This document shows, one piece after another, positions 13,051-26,122 of a stretch of DNA of 49,768 nucleotides (the stretch's first letter is position 1; the number at the start of each line of letters is the position of its first letter). A program made the position numbers and the translations under genes. The stretch comes from Octopus sinensis (lineage: Eukaryota): positions 1-49,768 of the forward strand of contig NW_021834280.1 of the NCBI RefSeq assembly GCF_006345805.1, read 5' to 3'. Under the pieces are notes generated by a model. The model did no database searches, was not told where the DNA came from, and saw only the letters and a list, made by a program, of their open reading frames with translations.

Positions 13051-13397
13051 AAATGTGTTTGTGCAGGTGCGCGCGTGTGTATGTAATTAGAGTTGATTGC
13101 ATTTCTCGTGGAAGGCATCATTCATCGAAGAAAGAACAAACGATAGACAATGGTATCGACCGTAGCATATTACAGGTACACGTGCTGTCTGCACATACAA
13201 ACTCTGTATTAAATACAAACATACATATATATATATATACATACATATATATATGCATATATATGTATATATATATATATGCACACACATAAATACATCC
13301 ATCTATCTATCTGTCTATCAATCTATCTATATACACAGACATGTATATGCACGTACATAACTATTGAAAGAGAGAAAGAAGAGGGGAGAGAAAGAGA

Positions 13398-13442
<45 letters not shown>

Positions 13443-13715
13443 AGGGTGTGAGAGAGAGAGAGAAAGAAAGAGACTGTGCCAATAAAAGCGATGACTCAGT
13501 CACTACCTACTCGGAGTTTTTTTAGGTTTACAACCGTTCACATACACTAACAGTTGATATTCGTGAACGTGTGCACATTGCGTACACATTCACCTACCTT
13601 TATATATATATCTACCTAACCATCTGCATTCATACATGCATACACATGTACAAACACGTAAACACATAAACATACATATTTATATAGATACATATGCATA
13701 AATATATATATATAC

Positions 13716-13760
<45 letters not shown>

Positions 13761-13793
13761 GATATATACATGTATTCATACATATAGATATCA

Positions 13794-13824
<31 letters not shown>

Positions 13825-13872
13825 GATAGATATATACATATATTCATACATATATATATCAATAGCAATATA

Positions 13873-13904
<32 letters not shown>

Positions 13905-14306
13905 GCCTGCATACATGCGTACATACATAGGCGCGTACACACATAAATACAGACTGTATACATACATGCATACATCCATCCATATATATATGTGTAAATA
14001 TATATATATATATATGTGTGCATGTATGTATGTATGTATGTATGTATGTATGTATGTATGTATATATATATGTGTGTGTGTGTGTATGTATGTATGTATG
14101 CATGCATGTATATATAGCCGGCACACCGTGTTGTTTGTCACTTTCAGGAAACACTCATGTAAGTGTGAACAACAAGTGGTATATATATTGATATATATAA
14201 AGTGGATTTCTAAACCATCATCGATGAAGACATACTTAGCAACTGTTGCTCAGGCAAAAAAAGTAAGTACGCATACCTGGAGGGCCATATCTATGCCTAT
14301 ATATAC

Positions 14307-14363
<57 letters not shown>

Positions 14364-15083
14364 CATATATATATATATATACATATATATACATACATAC
14401 ATATATATATATATATACATACATACATACATATATATATATATACATATATACACATGCATACATGCATCTATTGTCTCTGTTGTTGCATTTCGATTCT
14501 ATACTCTCTTTTAGTTATTCATTCTTTCATTGCAATCATTCATTTCATCTGTCGTTCGTTCTTTCTTTCTTTCATTCACGCTTTCTTTCTTTCTCTCTTT
14601 TCTCTCTATTTATTTGTTTGTTTGTTTATTTGTTTGTGAGTGTGCATCTGTCTGTCTTTTCTATTCGTCTGTCGCGACACCTGTTTGTTCTGTCAATCCG
14701 TTTCCTTGGTCCGCAGCTTTGTTACATCCACTTCTATGTTTATATGTTTATATATAATATTTATACATAACTATATATGTGAATGTGTGTGTGTGTGTGT
14801 GAGGATATTATTGTATATAATAATATCAGTGGCTTAGCATACGTAAAACAACATAAAGATGAAATTATCATTTAATAATTAAAGGTACAACAGGCAGTAT
14901 AAACATATTGAAATAGCAGTTAAAAGCGCTCAAATTACAAGTTTTCACTTAAACCCAAAGTTGAAGGCGTGCCTAAGATTCCACACCAATGATGAAAATA
15001 CTTTGCATCTTTTAAGTTAAAACATGTGTTTGTGTCAGTTTGACTGCTATTTCAGCAGGTTGGTACTGCCTGTAGAACTCTTA

Positions 15084-15127
<44 letters not shown>

Positions 15128-15131
<4 letters not shown>

Positions 15132-15170
15132 AGAGTTTACGAAAAAAACGAAAGGCGAAGACAGGTGGTG

Positions 15171-15171
<1 letters not shown>
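15128..15171 (-). mobile_element. 3' tip of the TA-embedded hammerhead family 1 element
   Basis: gggagagtttacgaaaaaaacgaaaggcgaagacaggtggtg matches 24665-24708 and the reverse complement of 37620-37661; flanked by (TA)n on both sides. Confidence 0.75.
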
Positions 15172-15203
<32 letters not shown>

Positions 15204-15224
15204 TATGCTTCCACGACTGCTTCA

Positions 15225-15796
15225 CGATCGCTGTTGGTGTGTTTACATCCTTAGCTGCTCAGGAAAGAAATGACTGAGAGAACAGGTATCAAACTTTAAA
15301 AAGGATTTCTCGGGTCGATTTGCTCGACTAAACCCTTCAAGGCAGTGCCCCAGCATGGTGGCTGACCAATGACTTAAACAGGTAATAGATAAAAGATTAT
15401 ATATATATATACTTTGATTTGTTTCAGTCATTTTGCTGCGGCCATTTTGGAGCACCGCCTTCAAGGATTCTAGTCGAACAAATCAACCTCAGGACTTACT
15501 TTTTTTAAGCCTAGCAGTTATTCTATCATCAGTCTTCTTAGCGCGAACTGCTAAGTTACGGGGACGTAAACACACAAACACCGGTTGTCAAGTGGTGATG
15601 GTGGGGGAAAAATGCACATATAGATACCCTCCCCTACATATATATATATATATACGGTGGGCTTCTTTCAGTTTCCGTGTACCGAATCCATTCACAAGGC
15701 TTTAGTCGGGCCGAGGCTATAGTAGAAGACACTTGCCGAAGGTGCCACGCAGTGGGACTGAACCAGAAACCATGTGATTACCACACAGCCACGCCA
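15225..15796. mobile_element. Inverted SINE A pair: + tail fragment (about 15225-15395) and - near-complete copy (about 15411-15796)
   Basis: Family A tail occurs on both strands, tail to tail. Confidence 0.85.
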
Positions 15797-15922
15797 ATAT
15801 ATATATATATTATGCAATACATGTCTACAAGTATGAATGTGCACGCAAATATATATTGTTTACGGGGTTTTACTTGTCGCGGTTGAAGCCATGCTAGGAC
15901 AGAGTGGAAGTTCCATGTAATA

Positions 15923-16715
15923 CGAGGTGGCATCAGAAAGTTCCCAGACCAGTTATGTTTAATAAAGAATAACTTATTTGCTTAAGTTTTAACATCATCT
16001 CCTTCGAAATAGTCACCTTGCGCAGCAATGCACCTGTCCCAGTGTCCCTGCTACTTTTGGAAATCCGGCCTGGAAATCCGAGGACCGTCTGCGATTCCCT
16101 CTGGATTTCGACAACGGTGTTAAAACGGTACATTTTTAGCTGCATTTTCATCATCCATAGATGCTAAATCTGGTGAATAGGGAGGGTGCAGAAACGATAC
16201 CTATTTTGTTTTTGGCGAGAAACTCACGAGTAGAGAGAGCTCATGCTAGGGTGCATTGTGGTCGTGAAGAACCCAACTGTTCGCAGGCCACAAATCCAGT
16301 CGCTATCGCCGAATGTCTTCCCTGAAACGCTTCAAAACGTCGCAGTTGAACTCTTGGTTGACAGTCTGGCCCTAAGGGACACATTCTCTATGAACAATGC
16401 CACGGGTGTCGAAATAATGATGAGGATGTTCTTGATTGAGCTACGACTCTGTCGTGAGCCCGTGCCACTTGAAACATTGCCTGGTCACCGTAAGGTTGCC
16501 GAAGCATGCTCAATGTTTCTGAAGCAGACTTCACAAGTTTAACGCCAAATTTCATGTTGGCCTTTTGTTCCAACTTCCTGTCTATGAGAAAAATCTCAGC
16601 ATAAAATATACACGTGATCACAAAAACACTAGCTCTCACTCCACACGCAACCATGTGCTGCCACCTGTTGGCGTGCTGCAGAACTGGTCTGGGAACTTTT
16701 TTTGATACCACCTCG
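15923..16715 (-). mobile_element. Internally deleted mariner (DD34D-type) transposon with pseudogenised transposase
   Basis: About 32-bp TIRs CGAGGTGGCATCAGAAAGTTCCCAGACCAGTT / AACTGGTCTGGGAACTTTTTTTGATACCACCTCG, TA on both sides. Minus-strand remnants EQKANMKFGVKLVKSASETLSMLRQPYGD (HTH), WVLHDHNAP, HPPYSPDLAS and WDRCIAAQGDYFEG, with stops and frameshifts. Confidence 0.95.
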
Positions 16716-17074
16716 TATATGATATCACTGAGTAGTTACAATAGCCGACCAGGTCTGTCTGTGCCCTCCATCGCTGGTGGTCCCGTGTCAGAGGGTCTGA
16801 CAAAGAACCGCCAGCAATAGGGAGCACTGGTCGAGCTGGTCAGCTCTACGCATGATGATGTCTCTGAATGACCACAAACCTAGGATGAACCCCAGCCTCA
16901 TGAAGCATGAGCATGAAGCAAATAAGATAGTGCGGTTACAAGGTCTTCTTTCGTTGTTTATAAGTTATACAAGCGATGGTGTGTCGTACGTTACGTATTA
17001 TTCTCACACAATCAAAAATGCATGAATATCTGCGCGCGCGCGTGAGTGTCAGTCAGTCTGCGTCCTTCATCGTT

Positions 17075-17270
17075 TATTTTTTACTTGATTTAATCATTAT
17101 ACTGCGGCCCTGCTGGGGCAGCGCCTTGAAAAATTTCAGTTGAATAAATCGAGATTCTTTTTGTTGTTTTGGCGGGTGCTTATTCTCTCGGGCCCTATTC
17201 CCCAACCGCTATGTTATAGGGACGTAAATACTAAGATCGGTCGTCAAGCAGTGATGAGGAGGACACATTC
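17075..17270 (-). mobile_element. SINE A tail fragment, decayed
   Basis: ttttacttg..ctgcggcc.tgctggggca.cgccttgaa. Confidence 0.75.
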
Positions 17271-17282
17271 ATACATACATGT

Positions 17283-17595
17283 GGGGTGTGTGGGTCGATG
17301 ATTAGGGCATTTGGCTCACAATCGTAAGTTCGTGGTTTCGATTTCTGGGGGTGCGTTGCATTCTTGAGCAGGACACTTTATTTCACGCCCCTATACTCCA
17401 ACCAACTGGCAAAATGAGTAGTACTTGTATTTCAAAGAGTCCAGCTTTGTCACTTTCTGTGTCATGCTGAATCTCCCTGACAACCACGTTAAGGTTGCGC
17501 ATGTCTGTGGAGTACTCAGCCACATGCATGCTAATATCACGAGCAGGCTGTTCGCTCGATAGGATCAGCTGGAACCCATTTCAGCGTAACTGACT
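17283..17595 (+). mobile_element. SINE family B, decayed
   Basis: Colinear with 3694-4012. Confidence 0.85.
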
Positions 17596-17648
17596 CACAA
17601 GGCTTAAGCTCGTCCGTGGCTCTAGTGGAAAACACTTGCTCAAGGTGC

Positions 17649-17691
<43 letters not shown>

Positions 17692-17973
17692 CAGCGTGAT
17701 CACCGTGACCGACGAGGCTATCCGATTTTGCTACACATCGCTGGTCACAATGCACTTCGCATTGTTTTAGCCTTCAAACGACGCCGCCCCGCTGGCTAAG
17801 CGAGCAGGCCAACAGAAGAAAGAGTGAGAGAAAGTTGTGGCGAAAGAATACAGCAGGGATCACCACCAACCCGTGCCGGAGTCTCGTGGAGCTTTAGGTG
17901 TTTTCGCTCAATAAACACTCATAACGCCCAGTTTAGGAATCGAAGCCCCTAACCACTGGGCCATTGCGCCTCC
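17692..17973 (-). mobile_element. SINE family D (tRNA-derived)
   Basis: Minus head ggaggcgcaatggcccagtggttaggg (A box) and cttcgattcc (B-box remnant); 3' part shared with 47990-48110. Confidence 0.8.
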
Positions 17974-18078
17974 ACGCATTCATTATATAAGTATACATAA
18001 ATACACACACACACACATATGTATACATACCTGCCTATGTATGCAAAAATATGTACGCGCGTATGCATGCATGCATAC

Positions 18079-18136
<58 letters not shown>

Positions 18137-18657
18137 AATGGAAAACAGTATATGTATAGAAGTATACCAGCATTTGTCTCATATAAAATTCTTTTGGAAA
18201 TGTAAAGTCTCTCTGGAACCATATCAACGGTTGTGGAACTGTCGTTTGCAATTTCTACCTGAACTGATAATGCCAGCAAAAATACCAAACCACCTGCCTA
18301 CATACATATCTTCCTACCCATCTTTATTCCTTACCTACCCGCATACCCCAATACAATAAAAATATGTAATAAGATCTTTTCTCAAGTTTAAAAAGGGGAC
18401 ATTGTTTTTTGGGGTTTTTTTTTTCTTTTCCACATTACAACGATGGAGCCTGGTATCTTTGTTAGAAATCAGATCCTTCTGCAAAGGAAGAATTTAGATA
18501 AGAATTTAAATAAATAAAAACAGAAGAAAACGTCCCCCCACACACACACACAACACAAACACACACCATATATAACTCCCTAGCTACCTACGTAATTACA
18601 TACAGACCTTCATACAAACTACGATTATATACGTGTATACATCTACACCTTAATATA

Positions 18658-18860
18658 CAGGGCGTCCCAAGAGGTCGCGCACCATTCTGGTTTTCATTTA
18701 AATTAAATTGAAGCATTTTCTTTTATTGTATTTTTTCTGCATGTTTTATTGTAGAGGGTGCTCAATTTGAGCATTTGTTATGATTAATTTCAATAAAGTG
18801 GTTTTGAAATCAAGAGGGGTGTAAAAAACCAGGGTGGAGCGCGACTTCTGGGACACCCTG
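18658..18860. mobile_element. Tc1/mariner-type MITE (about 200 bp)
   Basis: TIRs CAGGGCGTCCCAAGAGGTCGCGCACCATTCTGGTTTT / AAAACCAGGGTGGAGCGCGACTTCTGGGACACCCTG, TA flanks, AT-rich non-coding middle. Confidence 0.9.
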
Positions 18861-19524
18861 TATATATACATATATATGTGTGTGTACGTGTGTATATATA
18901 CATATATACATATGTGTGTGTACGTGTGTATATATACATATATACATACACACGTACACACACATACACTCACACACACACACACACATCTTCATGCAGA
19001 CAAGCATGCATTTATATATACAAACATAAACGCATATACATCTATTTACATATCTACAAACATACTTGCATACTTGCAAGCATATATTTAAAATCATATT
19101 TGGATATATGCCATTTTAGAAGTTTTCATAAGTACATACATACGTGCATAAAAACATACACACACATAGATACATATATTCACACATACATAACATAAAC
19201 ACATACATACATTCATACATATATACATGCATACATACACACATACACAAACTTACGTACATACATACAAACAAACATAAATACATACATGTATTCGCAC
19301 ATACATAACCAAATATCTACCTCCGTGCACACCTGTCTATTTACCTGCATATTTACCTGTCTATTTACATATGCGCCTCTACCTATATACAAACGCATCA
19401 CAATCACTAACAATCTCTCTATCGATCTTTTATTGATAAACTCTTTATTTATCTTTCACACTGTTAATGCCTGTCATATACAGCCGTGTGTGCGCGTGTG
19501 TGTGTGTGTATGTGTGTGTGTTAA

Positions 19525-19842
19525 GGCGCGTGGTTTACTGGTTAGGGTATTCGGCTCACAATCATAAGGCCGTGAGTTCAATTCCCGGCGACGCGTTGTG
19601 TCCTTGGGCAAAATACTTTATTTCACGTTGCTCCAGTCCTCTCAAAAAAGTGAGGAGAATCTGGATTTCAAAAGGGGTCAACCTTGTCACATTCTGTGTC
19701 ACGCTGAATATCTTTGAGAACTACGATAAGGGTACATCAGTCTGTGGAGTATTCAGCCACATGCACGTTAATTTCACAAGCAAGCTATTCCGTTGATCTG
19801 ATCACCTGGAACCCTCGTCGTCGTAGCAACGGAGTGTCAGTT
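19525..19842 (+). mobile_element. SINE family B
   Basis: Colinear with 3694-4012. Confidence 0.9.
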
Positions 19843-19889
19843 ACAAACACACACACACATACACACGCATATATATAAAATCTATATAT

Positions 19890-20302
19890 AACTTTTACTT
19901 GTTAGAGACTACGGCCACGCTGGGGCACCGTCTTCAAAATGTTTTGGTGGAACTGATTGAGCCCAGTAACTATTCCATCGATTACTTCTGCCGAACTACT
20001 AAGTCACTGGGACATAGACACACCAACACCGGTTTTCAAGCGGTGGTTGGTGACAAACACATACAAATACACACTCACACACACACATGCACACACAGAG
20101 ACAAACACACACACACACGACGGTCCTCTATTTGTGTCCATCTACAATATCCACTTACAAGTCTTGGGTAGAAGACATTTGTCCAAGGTACCATGCAGTG
20201 AGATTGAACCGGAAACCATGTAGTCTTTAGTAGAAGATATTTGTCCAAGGTTCCATGCAGTGAAATTGAACCGGGAACCATGTGGTTGGTAAGAAATTTC
20301 TT
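19890..20302 (-). mobile_element. SINE A with about 60-bp tandem duplication of the B-box/CORE junction
   Basis: tagaagac/tatttgtccaagg..ccatgcagtga.attgaaccgg.aaccatgt occurs twice (about 20169-20221 and 20230-20283). Confidence 0.85.
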
Positions 20303-20795
20303 ATCACAGACATTCACGTTTGCATTTTGATGTGTTTTGTTTGTATGTATGAATACTTGGGCACATGCAGAGACGCATAGTCTCACCAGGGAGAGATCGG
20401 GTGTGGTCACATTTGGAGAGGGATAAGCTTCGCTTGTGTATGAAATGCGATGATGTCATGCGCATCCAAAGCTGTCGGTAACGTCCAAGAAATAGAGAAG
20501 AAAAATAAACGACTGTTGAAAGAGGGAGAGAGAGAAGGAGAGAGGAGGGGGCTGAGGTACTGGACGGGTTCTTAATTTGTTGACCCTGCAAGGTAATGTT
20601 CACTTCGGGTTGGGTTAGAACTCAGAACAACGTAAAAAGCGGCAACTCATACGGTAATGTTTCTGTCAAACTCTCTCACGACTCTGCCATGCTACTTTTC
20701 TCTTTGTCTTTCGCTCTCTCTATCTCTCCCCTCCCTCCCTCCCTCTCTCCCTCCCCTCTGTCCTTCTCTCTCTCTCTATCTATCTCTCTATTTAC

Positions 20796-20828
<33 letters not shown>

Positions 20829-20915
20829 AATCTATATTTAGATAGATACATAGAATTGGAATAGGGGTAGATATATATGAAGACGAGTACAATACGTTCT
20901 TCACTGTGTGTGTTT

Positions 20916-20949
<34 letters not shown>

Positions 20950-21162
20950 AAGAATTTCAGATATTTACATTACTGCACTGATAATCCAACAGGTAAGTTG
21001 TGCATTCTAATCTGGTTGTATAATCTATCTATCTGTCAGTCTGTTTGTCTGTTTGTGTATCGATTTGTATATTGATCTATTTGTATGTTTGTCAGTCCCT
21101 CTGTTTTCCTATCTACCTACCCATCAATTTATTTGAGTGAGAGTGCGTCTGTTTAACAGTCA

Positions 21163-21650
<488 letters not shown>

Positions 21651-22079
21651 TTCACTCTCTTTTTCTCTCTAGTTATTTTTGTTACCTCTCTGCCTATCCG
21701 TTTATCTGTTTGTATACTGTCGCATCTTCGTAACCTAATGTATACCTTAATGAATGTATCTAAATACGATATATTTATATATTATCTAACGGTTATACGT
21801 CTCACATATGTCTGTGACCTGGTGGTTAGTGTGTTGAAGTCAAGTTCTTAAAGTTTTAGTATCGATGTGCGAAAACTCTGGCGGGTTTGGGATTTTTCGG
21901 AATTGATTTCGTATAGTTCCAGTCCACTCGGCTGAAAATGAAAACCAGCGGAAGCTGGCAGCCCACCCTGCCACAGGTTGACGTTCCGCTCAATGTGGTT
22001 ATTGTACTCAAAATTCCATAAAGCTCACGCCGCCCTAACATTGGTAGAAAACCCGGAAGAAAAAGAGGTGTGTAAGAGG

Positions 22080-22601
22080 CAGGGCCGGATTAAGACCCAT
22101 AGCAGCCCTAAGCTCTTAGAAGGTTTTGTAGTCCCCATTTATATGCAATTCAAAATATAAACGATAATACACTGCAATTTAAATTTTTATTTATCAAAAC
22201 GAAACAAAACTTCGTTCATATTTGAAAAGTTTTCTTCTACTTTTTTTATTGCAAAGTCTTTGCTCAGATCTTTAGAATTAATCTTCCATAACACATCTGA
22301 TAATTATATTTCTGATCATGTAAACCACTTGAAATATTATATTGGCAAGTAGGTCTGCTTTGCCATTCCTCTTTCAGGGTCGATATAATAAGTACCAGTT
22401 GAATACTGAGGTCTATGTAGTCAACTTTGTCCCTCACCACAAAGTTGTGAGCCATGAGCCAAAATTTGGAGCTAATAGCATTTTAGCAAGTTTAAAGCGA
22501 TGTCTTTCGTCTCGTAAACACTTACCATTTCTGTGGTGCCTCCCACTTTCCTTGATGTTCTAAGTACGTGCTTTTTTCGCCTAACGGTTAATCCAGTGCT
22601 G
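22080..22601. mobile_element. Non-autonomous hAT element with nested SINE C fragment (about 22355-22465)
   Basis: Termini CAGGGCCGGATTAA / TTAATCCAGTGCTG (11 of 14 complementary); 8-bp flanks GTAAGAGG (22072-22079) and GTAGGAGG (22602-22609) match 7 of 8, the hAT TSD length. Confidence 0.75.
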
Positions 22602-23277
22602 GTAGGAGGGAATAAAGGAAGGCGGTTTTTCCTACTTTCAGTCCAAGGTGACAAGGGGTAGCTTAGTTCCACATTCTTGCACTCAGCGTCTCGGACCTTA
22701 GGGTACTTGTCGATCCCTCGTTCGTAATATTTATTTCCATGACTGAAGCTAATCACATAAATACACGCACACAGGCTTACATAATTCAATTCCCTGTGTG
22801 TGTGTGTGTATGTGTGTGTATGTGTCTGTGTGTGTCTGTGTGTCTGTGTGTCTGTGTGTCTGTGCGCGTGCGAGCGTACGTATGTAGCTATTTATCTGTT
22901 CGTGAATGAACGACATCGCTTGCCTAACATCATTATAACGCCGATAAAATTGAAGCAGGTACGATCACCATTCAGGTACCAAACACACACACACACATAA
23001 ACACACACACAAACACACAAACACACACACACACACACACATACATGCACACACATACACACACACAGGGACAAACAGAAATACGCGCATACAACGGCAA
23101 AAAAGCACATGCACGCACACATATATACACTGATACAAACATATACACACGCGCACACATACACAACACGCACACATTTATTCATACGTACACGTACGTA
23201 CGCGCACATACACAACCAATCTTACAGATGCACACATGCAGGAGATAACACTTATCATATACTACTACTACTACTAC

Positions 23278-23329
<52 letters not shown>

Positions 23330-23864
23330 CAGTGGCTCTCGTGGCTTCTGATCTTAACTGATTGGAAGTGTTATCATGTACATTGTTTTGTCTTGGTATA
23401 AAAGATGGGCTACAGCAAATATTCTGCTCAATACCACAGATTTGCTTGTCAGTTGTTTGACCATAACCAGTTGAGCATGTCCCCGAGTGGCTGACAATAT
23501 GTGCATCTCTGATCACGAGCAGAAGTAGTGGGGGAGCATCATAGCCATGTGTTGAGAGGGATTCTTTGGGGTTTGAATAATTCACCTCTGGAAACATGGG
23601 TGGTTCTTTCAACATCCTTAAACAACCCTTATTCAGGGACCTTTTGAGTGGGATGGGTTACTCAACCTGAAGAAAATTCTAACTGGGCCCCACCTGCAAG
23701 GTCATGTGCTGTTTATCTTGATATGAGATCACCATGTCGCGCACATATGGTTGTGAAGCATGTGCCTGGTGTACCCTTATCAGACGGGTAGTCATGATGG
23801 GTATACTGGGCTTCGTATATTTTACCCCAGTGTCACTTTGATGACATGAACTGCTCTCTCACTC
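23330..23864 (+). mobile_element. (AAT)n-tailed 0.5-kb retroposon, copy 2
   Basis: As copy 1; (AAT)n on both sides. Confidence 0.85.
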
Positions 23865-23893
23865 AATAATAATAATAATAATAATAATAATAA

Positions 23894-24221
23894 CGTGTCC
23901 TAGGAATGATAGCAAAAGCGGCTGATTACTACCTAGTTCAGATACCAGGAAACCCCAAAATGGCAGAAATCCAAACGATAGAGCTCATGGGACCTGCCCA
24001 TATCCTACGCAAAATAATTTCTATGTAATCTCAAGTTTTAAAACAAACTCGTAATGTTCTTATGGTTTCTTAAACGTTCTCTAGAACAACACTTATGTAC
24101 AAAACCAAATATATGGCACCCTAGGCATAACACCAACATGAACTTCTAACTTGTTGTCTCACGAGGTCTCTGGGTGAGACTTGGAGCCAACTTGTACAAA
24201 TGCAAAGCAACAGTCAAGCAT
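23894..24221 (+). mobile_element. 5'-truncated R4/Dong-clade LINE 3' end (C-terminus of restriction-like endonuclease region plus 3'UTR)
   Basis: 23897-24028 translates VLGMIAKAADYYLVQIPGNPKMAEIQTIELMGPAHILRKIISM*, matching the R4/Dong C-terminal pattern GALG...IQK..L.GTA.ILRK.L; inserted at (TAA)n, the known Dong target. Confidence 0.85.
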
Positions 24222-24660
24222 TTATACTTTAACATTATTCAACTGATATGTGGTGTGTGTGTTGTGCGTGCGTGTGTATGTATGTATTTATGTGTGTGTG
24301 TGTATTATAATGTGAATCCTCGTCCACTTGTATGTTGTTGGCAATGTAATATTCTTGTCGTTGCTATTATGTTGTCGCATTATTCCGCGTCTTGTAATAT
24401 TCTTGACTCGTCAGTCGTGCGGTCGCTGACGGCTCCGCTAGACAATGACTTTTAAACGTCTCCTTTGACAGTTACACGAACTCGTATATAACACGCAACT
24501 GACACTCACTTCAATTGACAACTTGTACAACGACTCTACTACTACTACTACTAACATATTACAACAACCTGTTGTCTGACTTTACAGTGGCTGATTCATA
24601 CCACTTTGTCACATGAGAAGGGGAGTACCATTTTCACTACAACTATATATATATATATAT

Positions 24661-24822
24661 AAAAGGGAAAGTTTACGAAAATAAACAAAAGACGAAGGCA
24701 GGTGGAGTACAAACAAACAAATGTATTAGTATAACGCTCAGGAATAGAAAAAGTATTTTACGTTTCGAGCCTACGCTCTTCCACAGAAAGATACACAGAA
24801 AAAAAAAACGAGAGAAAAAAAT
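24661..24822 (-). mobile_element. TA-embedded Penelope-like pLTR fragment, hammerhead family 1
   Basis: Minus 24790-24756: CTTT-CTGTGGA-A-GAGC-GTAG-GCTC-GAAA-CG-TA-AAA; homologous to 37510-37662. Confidence 0.7.
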
Positions 24823-24854
24823 ACACACATACACACACACATATATATATGTAA

Positions 24855-25030
24855 CCACATGTGAATCGTTGGCGATTTTCTTCCTCCGTCTTCCTTTTCT
24901 ATTGGACTTTCTTCTGTTCTTGAAGAAGAGCTTTGCTCGAAACGTTAAACCATATTTATTTCCTTCCCTAAGCGTCTGCTAATACGTTACATGTACCACG
25001 TCGTCACATTGTTGTTTTTTTGTGTTTGTT
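24855..25030 (+). mobile_element. TA-embedded Penelope-like pLTR fragment, related subfamily with decayed hammerhead
   Basis: 24916-24950: GTTC-TTGAAGA-A-GAGC-TTT-GCTC-GAAA-CG-TT-AAAC; downstream part homologous to the minus strand of 37045-37156. Confidence 0.65.
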
Positions 25031-25145
25031 CTTCATTTTGGGATTTACGATATATATATATTATATATATATAATATATATATATAATATATAAACTATA
25101 TATATATATATATATTATATATATATATATATATATAGTGAAGGT

Positions 25146-25209
25146 AAGAACATGATGTCTTCACTTCATCTTAGTAGCTTCTAAGCTGAAGTGAAGACAG
25201 AATGTTCTT
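25146..25209. other. 29-bp-stem hairpin (pre-miRNA-sized) inside (TA)n
   Basis: AAGAACAT-ga-TGTCTTCACTTCA-t-CTTAG / CTAAG-c-TGAAGTGAAGACA-ga-ATGTTCTT, 26 of 29 paired, 6-nt loop. Confidence 0.7.
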
Positions 25210-25276
25210 TGTCTATCTCCTCACCTTCTTGGAGGTTTTAGGTAAAACTATACTGTGTCCTGTCCATTTGCTTTGT

Positions 25277-25317
<41 letters not shown>

Positions 25318-25408
25318 CCTAATGTAGGATAACATTTTTTTTATCGGGAAAAAAATTTATCAATGGCCGGCATATCAAAAAATACTTTTAAAGGTATTTA
25401 ATATATTT

Positions 25409-25471
<63 letters not shown>

Positions 25472-25474
<3 letters not shown>

Positions 25475-25519
25475 CGGGAAGCTTTATGAAAATAGACAAA
25501 AGACGAAGGCAGGTGGAAA

Positions 25520-25520
<1 letters not shown>
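25472..25520 (-). mobile_element. 3' tip of hammerhead family 1 element
   Basis: gggaagctttatgaaaatagacaaaagacgaaggcaggtgga matches 24665-24707. Confidence 0.7.
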
Positions 25521-25553
<33 letters not shown>

Positions 25554-25864
25554 AATGTATGTATGTATACTATGCGGAGAGGTATTCTAAGCATTGTACA
25601 TTTTACAGTGTTGTTGATATCAGGGAAAACCGTATAAAAACTAAATACAGAAATCGGCAAGAATCCAAGCTACCCAGAAATGTCCCCTGATGAGATGTAA
25701 AGTGATGCCAATTGCTGTCATCGGTGTCTTCGACATCTCCGCCGCTGTCAACGTTGTCATCGTCGTCATCATCCACTTCAGCATCATTGTGTTCGTTGTC
25801 ATCGTTATTGTCATTGTCGTCGTCTTAATTGTCATCGTCATATCATCATCAGAGTCATCACCAT

Positions 25865-26122
25865 TACCTATTTCTTTATTACACACAAGGGGCTAAACAC
25901 AGAGGGCACAAACAAGGACAGACATAGGTATTAAGTCGATTACATCAGCCCCAGTGCGTAACTGGTACTTAATTTATCGACCCCGAAAGGATGAAAGGCA
26001 AAGTCGACCTCGGCGGAATTCGAACTCACAACGTAACGCAGACGAAATACCGCTAAGCATTTCGCCCGGCGTGCTAACGTTCCTGCCAGCTCGCCGTCTT
26101 TGCTAACGTTCCTGCCAGCTCA
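25865..26122 (-). mobile_element. SINE family C, young full-length copy with short 5' duplication
   Basis: Near-identical reverse complement of 35211-35445; tgctaacgttcctgccagctc occurs twice. Confidence 0.9.

Noticed and set aside
14148-14158. Possible 11-nt microexon (ctttcag|GAAACACTCAT|gtaagt)
   Set aside because: Splice-like motifs occur by chance in 50 kb; no neighbouring exons or host gene can be identified and the length is not frame-preserving.
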